From the IMG/VR virus record IMGVR_UViG_3300011442_000010, positions 5,948-69,947 of that record: DNA of 64,000 bases, one strand, 5' to 3'. A program made the translations under genes and the position numbers. Every line of letters starts with the position of its first letter. Within the stretch, counting starts at the first letter, position 1. This DNA comes from a virus (lineage: Duplodnaviria > Caudoviricetes). The notes under the pieces were generated by a model. The model had not been told where the DNA came from, ran no database searches, and saw only the letters and a list, made by a program, of their open reading frames with translations. Shown piece after piece: positions 53,930-63,560 of this stretch.

Positions 53930-54601
53930 ATGGCTTTTAACTTCATTCAAGTCCCCCCGCAGTCTACTGGCCTAAAGGTAGACACCGCGGAACTCACAAA
54001 CGGTGCAAATACCGTAGAACGACAGATCATCACCCTGGGAGATGCAATCACCGCTGCGAACGTCGCGGGAGTCACCGCCGCGGGTGCGGTTAATGTCAAC
54101 GTAGAAGGTCAGAAGGCCACATATAGCGCCTCTGCGACCTTCGCGGTAGCTGCTTCTGCTACTCTGGTGTGGACTCTCACCGGAAGCGCCTCCAAGACCA
54201 TCCGACTGGTGGAATTGGGCTTCTCCAGCACCACCGCAACTGCTGCGCAGTATCTGGATATTCAGGGAATCAAATATTCCACCGCCGCGACAGGTGGAAC
54301 CCCAGTAGCAGAAACGGTGGTTCCACTTGATAGTGGCTTCGCCGCAGGCACTGCAACCGTCAACCACTACACCGCGAACGGCACCCCCGGAACTCCCGTA
54401 GGCACTGTGAAGATGGTTCGATACTTCTCTGCACTGACTGGCACCGCTGCTCCCACCACCTGGATTGTGTGGCGGTTTGGCAACGGCCCAGATAGTGGAT
54501 TGGTGCTTCGTGGCGTCGCCCAGCAGTTTGGGATCTCCCAAGCCACTGGTGGCGCGAACGCGGGAACCGCGGATGTTTATGCCGTTTGGACAGAAGAATA
54601 A
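53930..54601 (+). CDS. Thr/Ala/Gly-rich virion structural protein
   Basis: 223 aa beta-rich composition typical of fibre/decoration proteins. Confidence 0.65.
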   Translation: MAFNFIQVPPQSTGLKVDTAELTNGANTVERQIITLGDAITAANVAGVTAAGAVNVNVEGQKATYSASATFAVAASATLVWTLTGSASKTIRLVELGFSSTTATAAQYLDIQGIKYSTAATGGTPVAETVVPLDSGFAAGTATVNHYTANGTPGTPVGTVKMVRYFSALTGTAAPTTWIVWRFGNGPDSGLVLRGVAQQFGISQATGGANAGTADVYAVWTEE

Positions 54602-54619
54602 TAGGGAGATAATCTAACT

Positions 54620-54910
54620 ATGCTACTCGCTATTGAAGATCTCTCCTTCGCCAATGGGGTGAGTTTGGTTCAACCAAGCACCCCCTTGGGGGGAAGTGGT
54701 AATCGAGCTACCCCCAACGTGCAGAATTTCTCCACCTTCTCCACTAGTAATGGAATTGTTACGGTGGCTAAGGGAGGGAGTAATATCGTCGCGGGGATGC
54801 CGGTGGTGGTATATGCAGACTACTCTTGCTGGGTGCCACTTATCCAAAGCTTCGTTCCTCCTGAAAACACCAACATCGCTTCCAAGCTAGAACTCGGCTC
54901 GGGGAGCTAG
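54620..54910 (+). CDS. Small virion-like protein
   Basis: 96 aa, GGGAG SD. Confidence 0.55.
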   Translation: MLLAIEDLSFANGVSLVQPSTPLGGSGNRATPNVQNFSTFSTSNGIVTVAKGGSNIVAGMPVVVYADYSCWVPLIQSFVPPENTNIASKLELGSGS

Positions 54911-54944
54911 CACCAACCATCTCAACTAAAAAGGAAACCAAAAC

Positions 54945-55295
54945 ATGGCTATCACGACCGTAAACGCTACTTATCTCCCTTCCGGCCCCACAGCGACACT
55001 GCAAATCCTCGCTGCTGGCCCCGGGAGTTCCCAGGAAATCGCCTACATCGGAATCGCCACCTTCACAGGTGATGCGGCATCGAGCTCGGCTACACTCAAC
55101 TACATCGACGGAACCGCTGCGCTTAGCTTTACCCCCAGTGCTATTTTAGCCTGTCGCGTGGGTGGAGCTGCCACCGCCACAATCGGAGTGGTTAGTGTGG
55201 TGGATGCAGGTAATGCCAACAAAACCGCCACGGTGCAGTTTACCGGCACCGTAAACGCCGCGACCATTATCGTGGGATTCATCATCCTAAAGTAA
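54945..55295 (+). CDS. Thr/Ala-rich virion structural protein
   Basis: 116 aa, AAGGAAA SD. Confidence 0.6.
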   Translation: MAITTVNATYLPSGPTATLQILAAGPGSSQEIAYIGIATFTGDAASSSATLNYIDGTAALSFTPSAILACRVGGAATATIGVVSVVDAGNANKTATVQFTGTVNAATIIVGFIILK

Positions 55296-55305
55296 GGGAG
55301 CCTCT

Positions 55306-55560
55306 ATGAGTGCTATTGGGCAGGGACTATACAAAGTTGGCGAGGGAACCAAACCTCGCCAATCCACCAACTGTTCGGGAGAACATCGCTACTTCGTCGC
55401 GTGCGAGGCGATTGTGGAAGAGGAAGGGAAGGTCAGCCTTCTCGGACTTTGCCTGCACTGCAAAGATCCTCTCCAGCTCGATTTTAAAGTAGCCTCTCCC
55501 TTCAACTCTATTAGACTTGAAAAAGTAAAGGAAAAATCCGATGTCAACAGTTCGTTTTGA
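55306..55560 (+). CDS. Small Cys/His-containing protein
   Basis: C.GEH...C...CLHC. Confidence 0.5.
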   Translation: MSAIGQGLYKVGEGTKPRQSTNCSGEHRYFVACEAIVEEEGKVSLLGLCLHCKDPLQLDFKVASPFNSIRLEKVKEKSDVNSSF

Positions 55561-56209
55561 GAAAGTCTTCGGAGGCCAATGTGCCTTTGAACAAGTACCA
55601 ACGCCCAGTGCGTTTCAGCTCCAGGAAGGACATTTCTGGAACGACGTAACGCAGAAGAACATCCTAGCCAGGCTTAATGGTGCGACCGGAAGTTTGGTGC
55701 AGGGAATCAATATCAACGTCACTCCTGTAACCCAGGCTGATCCCAATACCACAGCGAAGAATTTAATGAGCATCGCCCTTCCCGCAGGGTATCAGAACGT
55801 CGCGGGGAAAACCCTCCGTGTATGGGGAGAGGGAACTTATGTAACAGCAGGCGGGCAGAGCCCCACGGTTACCATCGCGTTGACCTTAGGTGGTGTTACC
55901 CCCGTAACGTGGACAAGCACCGCGACCACCGCTTCTATGACTAAGACTTGGCATTTTGAAGCATATATCACCACCGTGACTGCGGGAGCTACCGGGACGC
56001 TGGAAGCCCATGGAGCGTTGGATATTGAACTTGGTGGCACAGGAGCAGGAGCCGTTGCGGTGTCGAAATTCAACGACGCGGTGATAGCAGTATCCAGCAC
56101 GCTAGATCTCACTGCGGCCAATACTCTTCAGGTTACTGGATTGATGAGTAGCGCCAATGCGGGAAACAGCCTAGTACAGCGCCAGATGGTGGTAGAGGTG
56201 TTGAACTAA
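55541..56209 (+). CDS. Thr/Ala/Gly-rich virion structural protein
   Basis: 222 aa, beta-sandwich-like composition. Confidence 0.65.
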   Translation: MSTVRFEKVFGGQCAFEQVPTPSAFQLQEGHFWNDVTQKNILARLNGATGSLVQGININVTPVTQADPNTTAKNLMSIALPAGYQNVAGKTLRVWGEGTYVTAGGQSPTVTIALTLGGVTPVTWTSTATTASMTKTWHFEAYITTVTAGATGTLEAHGALDIELGGTGAGAVAVSKFNDAVIAVSSTLDLTAANTLQVTGLMSSANAGNSLVQRQMVVEVLN

Positions 56210-56376
56210 TGAAGAAGAAGCTGCAAATGACTCAACTTGGTTGGGATGGGAGTTTTGTAGGCCATCGCCCCACGCAGGTGAATTCCCAGGACGGGGATAA
56301 TGTGATAAGTAGCAATCCCGCCCCGGGGCCAAACGATTATACCCAGATGAATGACAACGACTCCGATGACCAATGA
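56209..56376 (+). CDS. Small hypothetical protein (55 aa, not in ORF track)
   Basis: Start overlaps upstream TAA; stop forms ATGA overlap with next gene. Confidence 0.5.
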   Translation: MKKKLQMTQLGWDGSFVGHRPTQVNSQDGDNVISSNPAPGPNDYTQMNDNDSDDQ

Positions 56377-56648
56377 CGCTCTTGTGGATTGCAGTAGCTC
56401 TAGCGGTGGTAGATTCTCTTGTAACATGGAAGAGAATCAAGCTGCATCCATCGTTGGAGTTGAACCCGCTGGTGAGGTGGTTGGAATCACACCTGGGTGC
56501 GACTATCGCCTCGCTTACAGGAGTATTCCTAGTGCAATGTGTTCTGGCTTCGATCCTATCCACTTGCACTTCAATAGGACTTGCCCTCTTTGTGGGGGCG
56601 GGCCTCTATCGAACCTACACCCAAATCCTAAGCCTTAAATACTTCTAG
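56373..56648 (+). CDS. DUF5658-like membrane protein
   Basis: VVDSLVT...ELNPLV followed by TM helices. Confidence 0.6.
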   Translation: MTLLWIAVALAVVDSLVTWKRIKLHPSLELNPLVRWLESHLGATIASLTGVFLVQCVLASILSTCTSIGLALFVGAGLYRTYTQILSLKYF

Positions 56649-56692
56649 CTTGGGGCCAGAACAACACCCCAGTCCCCCCTGCCCTCGCTTGG

Positions 56693-57004
56693 GTGCTGGC
56701 CCCAGAAAGACATTACTCCATGGAAGCATTAAAACAGCGCGCCACTAACGAAGAACTTATCCACATCAAATGCCCGATTCACAACTACTTCGGGATAGGG
56801 CAGAGCACCACTCCAACTCAGGGGTGTGTTCTGTGTGCAAAGGTTCAGATTCTCACCATCCTCGTGACAAAGAAGGGCGATATGAACGAGAATCTCTCCC
56901 AACTGGAGAGTATCCTTCACGCGGCGTGCGAGCTATCCGAGGAGGGTAAGTTTGACTACCTCCCCTCCAAACCCAAATTCACCATTGAAAAAGGAAAATC
57001 CTAA
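56693..57004 (+). CDS. Small Cys-containing hypothetical protein
   Basis: CPIH...CVLC; start probably MEALK. Confidence 0.5.
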   Translation: MLAPERHYSMEALKQRATNEELIHIKCPIHNYFGIGQSTTPTQGCVLCAKVQILTILVTKKGDMNENLSQLESILHAACELSEEGKFDYLPSKPKFTIEKGKS

Positions 57005-57345
57005 TGGCACTTATTAGTGGAATCCTCCAACCCCATGAAGTGGACGGAACCACCTTCTCCGTGGCAGCAGCTACAGCTAGCCCCCTCCAAACCGCCTTCA
57101 ACAACGCATTACTCTACATTAGCAACAACGGAGCATTTAGCACCACAGGTGGCACCGGAGTAACCGTGACGTTTGGCAGCAGCACCGGCAAAGCCCCAAC
57201 CGTCCCTTCCGCTACCAACGGCTTCCTCATCCCCCCAGGTCAGGCGATCCAATTCTACCTCGGAGCCAACCGTGATAGCTTCCGGGTATTCAACCTCGAT
57301 GCGGCCAACGCCGTAAAAGTCAGCTTCCAAGCAATGAGTGTATAG
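57004..57345 (+). CDS. Small virion-like protein
   Basis: 113 aa, Thr/Ala-rich, AAGGAAA SD. Confidence 0.55.
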   Translation: MALISGILQPHEVDGTTFSVAAATASPLQTAFNNALLYISNNGAFSTTGGTGVTVTFGSSTGKAPTVPSATNGFLIPPGQAIQFYLGANRDSFRVFNLDAANAVKVSFQAMSV

Positions 57346-57358
57346 AAGAGAGGGTTAG

Positions 57359-59476
57359 TTGGAAAACGGGAATCCCCAAAACACCGGACAAGTAGAGCAG
57401 GTACCCAATAAGAGGGAGATAATCGCCGCGGCGCAGAATCCCCCACCGCCACCCCCTGCGATTTCGCTCCAGCAACCAATGACGCCTCAAGGGAGTCAAG
57501 CAGAGGCTCTCTCCACCCAAGTGGCGAAACATCTCTATCGGATGCGGAATTTCCGCAGGCAGTTCGACCAACGATGGTTACAATACTACCGGCAATATCT
57601 CAGCGTCCGCGACCAACAGCTTTATCCAGATAACATCACCCGGAGAAGCAACACCACGGTTCCCTATCCCCTAAGCAACGTCGAAACCGTAGTCTCCCGC
57701 TCCCTGGATGCATTTTTCTCTTTCGAGCCTTGGTTCGATTGCAAGGGACGGGTGATGAAGGACGACCCCGCCGCGGAGAAGATGCAAATTGTATTGGAGG
57801 CAAAGCTCAAGCAGGCGAAGCTCGTCCCCGCGTTTGAGACTCTCCTCCGCAACATCGCCATATATGGATTCTCCGCCATCAAGGTAGACTGGGACTTCGG
57901 TTATGACCACATCGTAAGCGCGGAGCAGATCCTTGCGATGCAGAACACCCCTATGGGGCCACAGCCGATTTTGAATCCCATGACCGGGCAGCCAATCGTA
58001 ATCGGCTATCGCCCAGTAGACACCAAAGTTCCCCGTAATCGCCCGCGCTTCACCCCCATCGACGTATTTGACCTCCTCATCGACCCCGACGGCAACTACA
58101 TCGCCCACATGACAGAGAAGCCGTTCAGTGAGATGAAAAAAGAATGGGAGATGAATCCCACGCTCTACTCCCCCCAGGCGATGGTTGAGTTGGAGCAGAA
58201 GATCCGCGCGAGTGAGCCCGACACCGATAGTATAATCGTCCGCATGGCGGAGTTCTGGGACGAAGTAAACAACACCGTTACGCTGATGACTTATGGAGAA
58301 GATGCAGACGCCATCGCGCTTAAAGACCAACGATTCGCCAATCGCGTAGGAGCAGCCTACCAAGCCTATCGTAGGAAGGTATATGGGGGAACTCCAATTC
58401 TCCTCTACCACGGAGAGAACCCTTTCATGCACAAGCGGGCTCCGATTCTCTCCACCAGCTACATCAAACTCCCTAATGAAATGTACGGCATCGGAGCGGT
58501 GGAGGTGGTCTCCAACCTCAACGAATCTCTCAATAAATTCGTCAACATGGTCGCGGATAACTGGAACCTCGGAATCAACCGTCGGTATGCTTATGATTCC
58601 AACGCCGATATAGACCACACTGCACTTAACAACGCCAATGTCCCAGGTGGAAAGGTGGCGGTTAATGGCGATCCCACCAAGGTGATTCTCCCTCTTCCCC
58701 TCTTCACCCCCGCCGCGGGAGATTATCAAATCCTCGACACCTACAAGGGAATGATCGAGATGGGAAGCGGCATCAGCGACTTCTATGCCAAAGGCATGGG
58801 CAGCCCGAGCGGGAACAAAACCGCCACGGGAATCAACTCCATCATCAACGAGAGTAACTTCCGGTTTAAGATGTTTATACGAAACCTGGAAGTGGATGTA
58901 TTGCAACCTCTCCTCCGCATGTGCGCGATCATGACTCAGCAGTTTATCACCGATGATGAGGAGGTCCTCATCACCAAGGAAGCCCCGGGGTTGCCGAAAT
59001 ATTATCAGGTCAAACCCGCGGAGCTTATCGGGAGCTTCGACTTCGACCTAGTGGCCGCTAACTACAGCGAGAATAAGGTAATCCGTCAGCGTAACATCCT
59101 CGCGTTTGCCAACCTCGCCGCGCAGTCTCCATTTCTCAACGAATACCCCGCTCTCATTGAGCTCGCCAAGCTCTTTGAGATACGCAACGCTGAGCGGATG
59201 CTTAAAACACCTCAACAAGTCGCGATGGAGCAGCAGCAGCAGCTACAACAGCAGATGCAAATGATGGTGTTTGAGGCGATGTTACAGACGGAGAGCAAAG
59301 CGCGGCTTGGGCAGAGTAAGCCAATGCCAGGAGGCAAAGACGAACGTGGTCGCCCACGCAAGCCCATGATGCCTGAAGGAAAGATCCCCGGCGCGGGATT
59401 AACAGGTGCTATCCGCTCCATGGCACAAAGCTTTGGGGTTAACGGGATGGGTCTTGAGAACCTAAATGGCCAATAG
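57359..59476 (+). CDS. Portal protein (podovirus/P22-like)
   Basis: 705 aa; LLRNIAIYGFSAIKVDWD, PIDVFDLLIDP, LPNEMYGIGAVE, TATGINSI, Gln-rich C-terminal coiled coil. Confidence 0.9.
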   Translation: MENGNPQNTGQVEQVPNKREIIAAAQNPPPPPPAISLQQPMTPQGSQAEALSTQVAKHLYRMRNFRRQFDQRWLQYYRQYLSVRDQQLYPDNITRRSNTTVPYPLSNVETVVSRSLDAFFSFEPWFDCKGRVMKDDPAAEKMQIVLEAKLKQAKLVPAFETLLRNIAIYGFSAIKVDWDFGYDHIVSAEQILAMQNTPMGPQPILNPMTGQPIVIGYRPVDTKVPRNRPRFTPIDVFDLLIDPDGNYIAHMTEKPFSEMKKEWEMNPTLYSPQAMVELEQKIRASEPDTDSIIVRMAEFWDEVNNTVTLMTYGEDADAIALKDQRFANRVGAAYQAYRRKVYGGTPILLYHGENPFMHKRAPILSTSYIKLPNEMYGIGAVEVVSNLNESLNKFVNMVADNWNLGINRRYAYDSNADIDHTALNNANVPGGKVAVNGDPTKVILPLPLFTPAAGDYQILDTYKGMIEMGSGISDFYAKGMGSPSGNKTATGINSIINESNFRFKMFIRNLEVDVLQPLLRMCAIMTQQFITDDEEVLITKEAPGLPKYYQVKPAELIGSFDFDLVAANYSENKVIRQRNILAFANLAAQSPFLNEYPALIELAKLFEIRNAERMLKTPQQVAMEQQQQLQQQMQMMVFEAMLQTESKARLGQSKPMPGGKDERGRPRKPMMPEGKIPGAGLTGAIRSMAQSFGVNGMGLENLNGQ

Positions 59477-60062
59477 ACTCTACATCGTAAGGCATGGAGA
59501 AACCGACTCCAACTCCGGCTCCGGCCCAGACAAGGGAGAGAAATTCCGCGGCTGGGCCAACATCCCCCTCAACGACGAAGGGATAAACAGTGCCCACCAA
59601 GCGGGAACCAAGTTGGAAAACTCCGGAATCACCCACATCTTCGCCAGCGACCTCGATCGCACCCAACACACAGCGCAGATTATCTCCCAATACACCAACG
59701 CGCAGGTAGTCCCCACCCATGGACTCCGCCCTTGGAACGTAGGAAACCTCTCCGGCCAGCCGGTGGAAGGCAACACCGAAACCTTCCGCCGCTACCACGA
59801 TAATCCCAACGAGCAAATCCCTGGAGGAGAAACCTACAACACCTTCTACCAACGGTGGAAGACCACCCTCGGGCACCTCATGGATCACACCGCACAGAGT
59901 GGCCACCCAGCCGCTATCGTAACCCACACCCGGAACATCAACTCTCTCCAAAACATCCTCTCCGGAGGCAAAGCAAAGATCCCCGCGAAGGGAATCGTAG
60001 AACCCGGTGATATCCTCGCGCTGGATTTCGACCACAAGGGAGCAAAGGTCACCGAGTTGTGA
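59466..60062 (+). CDS. Histidine phosphatase (phosphoglycerate-mutase-like) family protein
   Basis: LYIVRHGET, PLNDEG, ASDLDRTQHTA, GGET, IVTH. Confidence 0.9.
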   Translation: MANRLYIVRHGETDSNSGSGPDKGEKFRGWANIPLNDEGINSAHQAGTKLENSGITHIFASDLDRTQHTAQIISQYTNAQVVPTHGLRPWNVGNLSGQPVEGNTETFRRYHDNPNEQIPGGETYNTFYQRWKTTLGHLMDHTAQSGHPAAIVTHTRNINSLQNILSGGKAKIPAKGIVEPGDILALDFDHKGAKVTEL

Positions 60063-60241
60063 ATACCCCAATGCCACTTCTCTCCAAGGAATTTCTGGCT
60101 CTCTGGGACGACCCAGGTGAACATGTGCAGATAGTATTTCGGAGACTCGATACTCAGTGTGAGATTTCCGTGGTGGTAGATGCCCCGGATTGCCCTCGGT
60201 TGGAAATTGAACTCGACAGCTTAAAAGTAGGAGAAGCCTAA
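60059..60241 (+). CDS. Small hypothetical protein
   Basis: Overlap-coupled on both sides. Confidence 0.45.
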   Translation: MNTPMPLLSKEFLALWDDPGEHVQIVFRRLDTQCEISVVVDAPDCPRLEIELDSLKVGEA

Positions 60242-60624
60242 TGAATTGGTTTAGCAGGGAACCAAAACAGAAAGTAGCGGAGAAGTTTACTGTGGTGGAG
60301 TTGGAAAAACCCACTCCGTTGGAAGAAAGCGCAGATTCCATCTCCGCTGTAGCCTCCCTCCAATCCCACGCGGGATTTATCTGGCTCACACGGAAGCTCG
60401 CAATCCAAGCCTCCAAACTCAAAGCGGAGTTGGAAAACACCAAACAAGACAAGCTCGAAGACTACTACTTCCTCCAAAGCGGAGTGCATTGGTGTAAGTG
60501 GCTTCAGCAGCAAGTGGACTTCGCCCACTCGCGATATCTCTCCATGCGACCAGCCTCCACCCAAGAGGCCATGCACCTCCAAGACATAAGTTCGTCCATA
60601 GAGATTGTGGGACGCGAAACATAG
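60241..60624 (+). CDS. Hypothetical head-module protein
   Basis: 127 aa helical protein between portal and scaffold. Confidence 0.6.
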   Translation: MNWFSREPKQKVAEKFTVVELEKPTPLEESADSISAVASLQSHAGFIWLTRKLAIQASKLKAELENTKQDKLEDYYFLQSGVHWCKWLQQQVDFAHSRYLSMRPASTQEAMHLQDISSSIEIVGRET

Positions 60625-60680
60625 CAATCTCACCCCCTAGCCACAAGCTAGGAATCCCATCCTTCACAAGAGGAACCTAA

Positions 60681-61652
60681 ATGCCCGATCCAAATCCGTC
60701 AACTACCCCATCCCCTACCTCCACAAACTGGTTATCGGATGCTCCGGGAGCTGACATTCCATTCTCCGAGTTATTTGGCAACGACCCGGAAGTTACTGCC
60801 ACCACGACACCGACAACGGCTGCCCCGGCAGCGGCGAGTGAGCCACAAGCCACAACCGAGCCTGCAAAGACCACCCCGGAACCTGCCTCTGCTTCCTTTA
60901 GGATTCAGACCAAAACCGGCACCGTCTATGACAGTCTCGAAGCCGCAACCTCAGGTATAGAGGAAAAAGATACCGTAATCGAACAACTTCGCCAGAGATT
61001 CATCGCCACAACTGGTGTAGACCCACTTAAGAAGACCTCCCAATCAGCTCCCCCCGTCGAAACTCCCAACTACCTCCAAGATCCCAACCGTTACGCTTCG
61101 GATCTCTACGAGGCGGCTAAGAAAAACGACGCCAAAGGCTACCAGCGCACTCAGCTCCAACTCTTCGAACAATACCTCGGCCCGGCACTTCCGATGTTCC
61201 AGGAGTTCGTAAAAGAGCGCGCGCAGGATGGAGTTGCCGCCAAGTCTCTCCCCCCGGAGGCTAAGAACTTCCGCGAGTTTCGTGGAAGCGAAGCCTTCAA
61301 GAGAGTCATGACGGAGAACGAAGTGTTGGCCCAAGCCATCACCAACGCGGAGAGTAACTTCCAATACGCCTCCCAACTCCCGGGTCTCTATAAACTGGCC
61401 TACAACAGCTACGTGGCTAGTAATCTCCCCGAAGTCATTCAAGCGGCACCCGCCGTAGCCGCACCCTCTGCCCCAACCATTTCTCGCCCAACAGCCTCCA
61501 CCTCCACCCTCTCTCCGACTGCTCCCCAGTCCTCACAAAACGACCAGGAGCTCCTTCGTACCCGCGAGGGTAGAGCCGAACTCAAACGCAGATATGAAGC
61601 ATCCGGTTTGGCAAACCAGAACTGGGATGCAATTCCCTGGGGCAGACAATAA
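60681..61652 (+). CDS. Putative capsid scaffolding protein
   Basis: 323 aa, Pro/Thr/Ala-rich ends and helical core, directly upstream of the major capsid gene. Confidence 0.7.
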   Translation: MPDPNPSTTPSPTSTNWLSDAPGADIPFSELFGNDPEVTATTTPTTAAPAAASEPQATTEPAKTTPEPASASFRIQTKTGTVYDSLEAATSGIEEKDTVIEQLRQRFIATTGVDPLKKTSQSAPPVETPNYLQDPNRYASDLYEAAKKNDAKGYQRTQLQLFEQYLGPALPMFQEFVKERAQDGVAAKSLPPEAKNFREFRGSEAFKRVMTENEVLAQAITNAESNFQYASQLPGLYKLAYNSYVASNLPEVIQAAPAVAAPSAPTISRPTASTSTLSPTAPQSSQNDQELLRTREGRAELKRRYEASGLANQNWDAIPWGRQ

Positions 61653-61679
61653 AACTCCACCCAAGGAAAACACCACCCT

Positions 61680-62696
61680 ATGAAGTCTCTCTTCAAACTT
61701 AGCCAGTATCTTCTGGCTCTCCTTGGATTCGGTAGCGATGTCATCTCAGTAACCAGCGGAACTGCTGGTAACGCCGGTAACGTCGCTGCGAGTCTAATCA
61801 CCTATCTCGCCGCGCAGCTTCTGGAAGTGGCGGAACTCAACATGGTATTGGATCAGTTCGGTGATAAGGTTCCGATTCCATCCAATAACTCCAAAACCAT
61901 CCGCTTTGTGAGGGAAGAGAAGTTCTCAGTAGCTACCACCCCCACCCAGCTCACGGAAGGTATTCCCCCGGATGCCACGGGCGTCACGCTTAACCAGTTT
62001 GAAGCCGTGGCGGAGCAGTATGGATTCCTTGTCCGTATCTCCGACCTCGCGGAACTCACGGCCAAACACCCTGTAGTCCAACGCACTATCTACCTCCTGG
62101 GCTTGCAGAGTGCAGAAACCTACGATCAGCTTATCTTCAACGTGTTGGATGCGGCTACGAACAACTACCGTCCCAACAACCGCGCCGCGGATACCAACCT
62201 CATCGGCTCGGATCGCCCGACGTTCTTCGACCTAACCTCGCTCATGGCGTTGCTCCAGGATCAAGGCGCGAGGCCGTTTGATGGTGGAAGCTACGTATTC
62301 ATCACTCCCCCGCAGGTTCACGCAGCTATGTTGCAAGATCCTGACTTCAAAGCCAGCGTGCAGTTGGCTGCTCCCGACCGCATGTGGAGGGGTGAAGTCC
62401 AGCAGCTTGGTGGATTCAAAATCGTCCGCACCAACGCTCCGGGATTTGCCGCAACCGCCCAGGCCGGTGGAGGTCAGTCGAGTAAGGTATACAGCAGCTT
62501 CGCTCTCGCGAGGTTCGCATATCAGATCTCGGATTTGCAGAATCTCCAACTCTACGTTGTGCAGCCGGGTGGTCAGCTTGACCCCTTGCAGCAGAGCCGG
62601 AAGTTGGGCTGGAAGTTTGCGTTTAAGGCTATAATCACCAACCAGTCGTGGATCCGGCGTGTCCGGAGCTCGGGGCTTAATTCGATCACGAATTAA
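61680..62696 (+). CDS. Major capsid protein (N4-gp56-like family)
   Basis: KTIRF, LTEG..P, EQYG....SD, DPL.Q...GWK motifs; followed by a terminator. Confidence 0.9.
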   Translation: MKSLFKLSQYLLALLGFGSDVISVTSGTAGNAGNVAASLITYLAAQLLEVAELNMVLDQFGDKVPIPSNNSKTIRFVREEKFSVATTPTQLTEGIPPDATGVTLNQFEAVAEQYGFLVRISDLAELTAKHPVVQRTIYLLGLQSAETYDQLIFNVLDAATNNYRPNNRAADTNLIGSDRPTFFDLTSLMALLQDQGARPFDGGSYVFITPPQVHAAMLQDPDFKASVQLAAPDRMWRGEVQQLGGFKIVRTNAPGFAATAQAGGGQSSKVYSSFALARFAYQISDLQNLQLYVVQPGGQLDPLQQSRKLGWKFAFKAIITNQSWIRRVRSSGLNSITN

Positions 62697-62717
62697 AACC
62701 TGTTAACAATTTAACCC

Positions 62718-62747
62718 AAGCGGGGGAGACACAATCTCCCCCTTCTT
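62718..62747 (+). terminator. Intrinsic terminator after capsid gene
   Basis: GGGGGAGA-cacaa-TCTCCCCC-TTCTT. Confidence 0.7.
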
Positions 62748-62758
62748 GAAAGGAATCT

Positions 62759-63148
62759 ATGGCAAAAAACGAAGCATTCATCGACACCACACCGCAGGAA
62801 GTAGAGACACAATCCCTTGCTCCCGAGTGGCAGTGGGTCAACATCCCTGAGAGGGATTTGCTGGATCAGCCATTTGGTGGAATCGGCCTCAACCTCCTCC
62901 ACTTTGGCCCCAGTCGCCCGGGTACTCCCTGCAACTGCCTCAACTACCCAACCTGCATGACTTCCCAGCAGCACAAAATTCCCCTCGCCTATGCGAAGGA
63001 AGTGCAGGAGCGACTCCGCATTGCCCAAGTCGCGGATCTCCGGGTCTTCAGCGGCAGACGGGATATGAAAGCGCTTATGGAGCTGGTATCCAAAGGCCTC
63101 AACACCCCCGGTGGCCAGTTCAAAGACCCCCAGGAGCCGGGAGCATAG
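62759..63148 (+). CDS. Hypothetical protein
   Basis: 129 aa, AAGGA SD. Confidence 0.6.
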   Translation: MAKNEAFIDTTPQEVETQSLAPEWQWVNIPERDLLDQPFGGIGLNLLHFGPSRPGTPCNCLNYPTCMTSQQHKIPLAYAKEVQERLRIAQVADLRVFSGRRDMKALMELVSKGLNTPGGQFKDPQEPGA

Positions 63149-63149
63149 C

Positions 63150-63560
63150 ATGACTCTTGAGGAGCAGCTAATTCGTGACGAAGGGCTTCGGTTGAAGCCC
63201 TATCGCGATTCGGTAGGGAAGCTTACCATTGGGGTTGGGCGAAACCTCGATGATGAAGGTATCACCAAGGAGGAAGCTTTCTTTCTGGAAAATACCGATA
63301 TCTCCCGACATGATGCAGCGTTATATGCGGCGCTCCCCTGGGTGAAGGATCTCGACGACGCGAGACAGGGGGTTCTTCGTAATATGTCATTCAACATTGG
63401 CGTGCCCGGGCTTCTTGGTTTCCGTCAAACCCTCGCGTTGATACAGCAGGGGAAGTATGCGGAGGCTGCGACGGAGATGTTGAACTCCAAATGGGCCTCA
63501 CAAGTAGGCGCACGCGCGCAGAGATTAGCCAAGCAGCTAGAGGAGGGAGTATGGGTATAA
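63150..63560 (+). CDS. Endolysin, glycoside hydrolase family 24 (T4-like lysozyme)
   Basis: Start ATG 63150; DEGLRLKPYRDSVGKLTIGVGRNL, NMSFNIG, SKWASQVG.RA.RL. Confidence 0.95.
   Translation: MTLEEQLIRDEGLRLKPYRDSVGKLTIGVGRNLDDEGITKEEAFFLENTDISRHDAALYAALPWVKDLDDARQGVLRNMSFNIGVPGLLGFRQTLALIQQGKYAEAATEMLNSKWASQVGARAQRLAKQLEEGVWV

Noticed and set aside
57671-58906. 411-aa antisense ORF inside the portal gene, and the many other long antisense or shadow ORFs (e.g. 59439-60452, 30386-31375, 7737-8426)
   Set aside because: They lie opposite well-supported genes, lack SDs and motifs, and are expected from codon bias.
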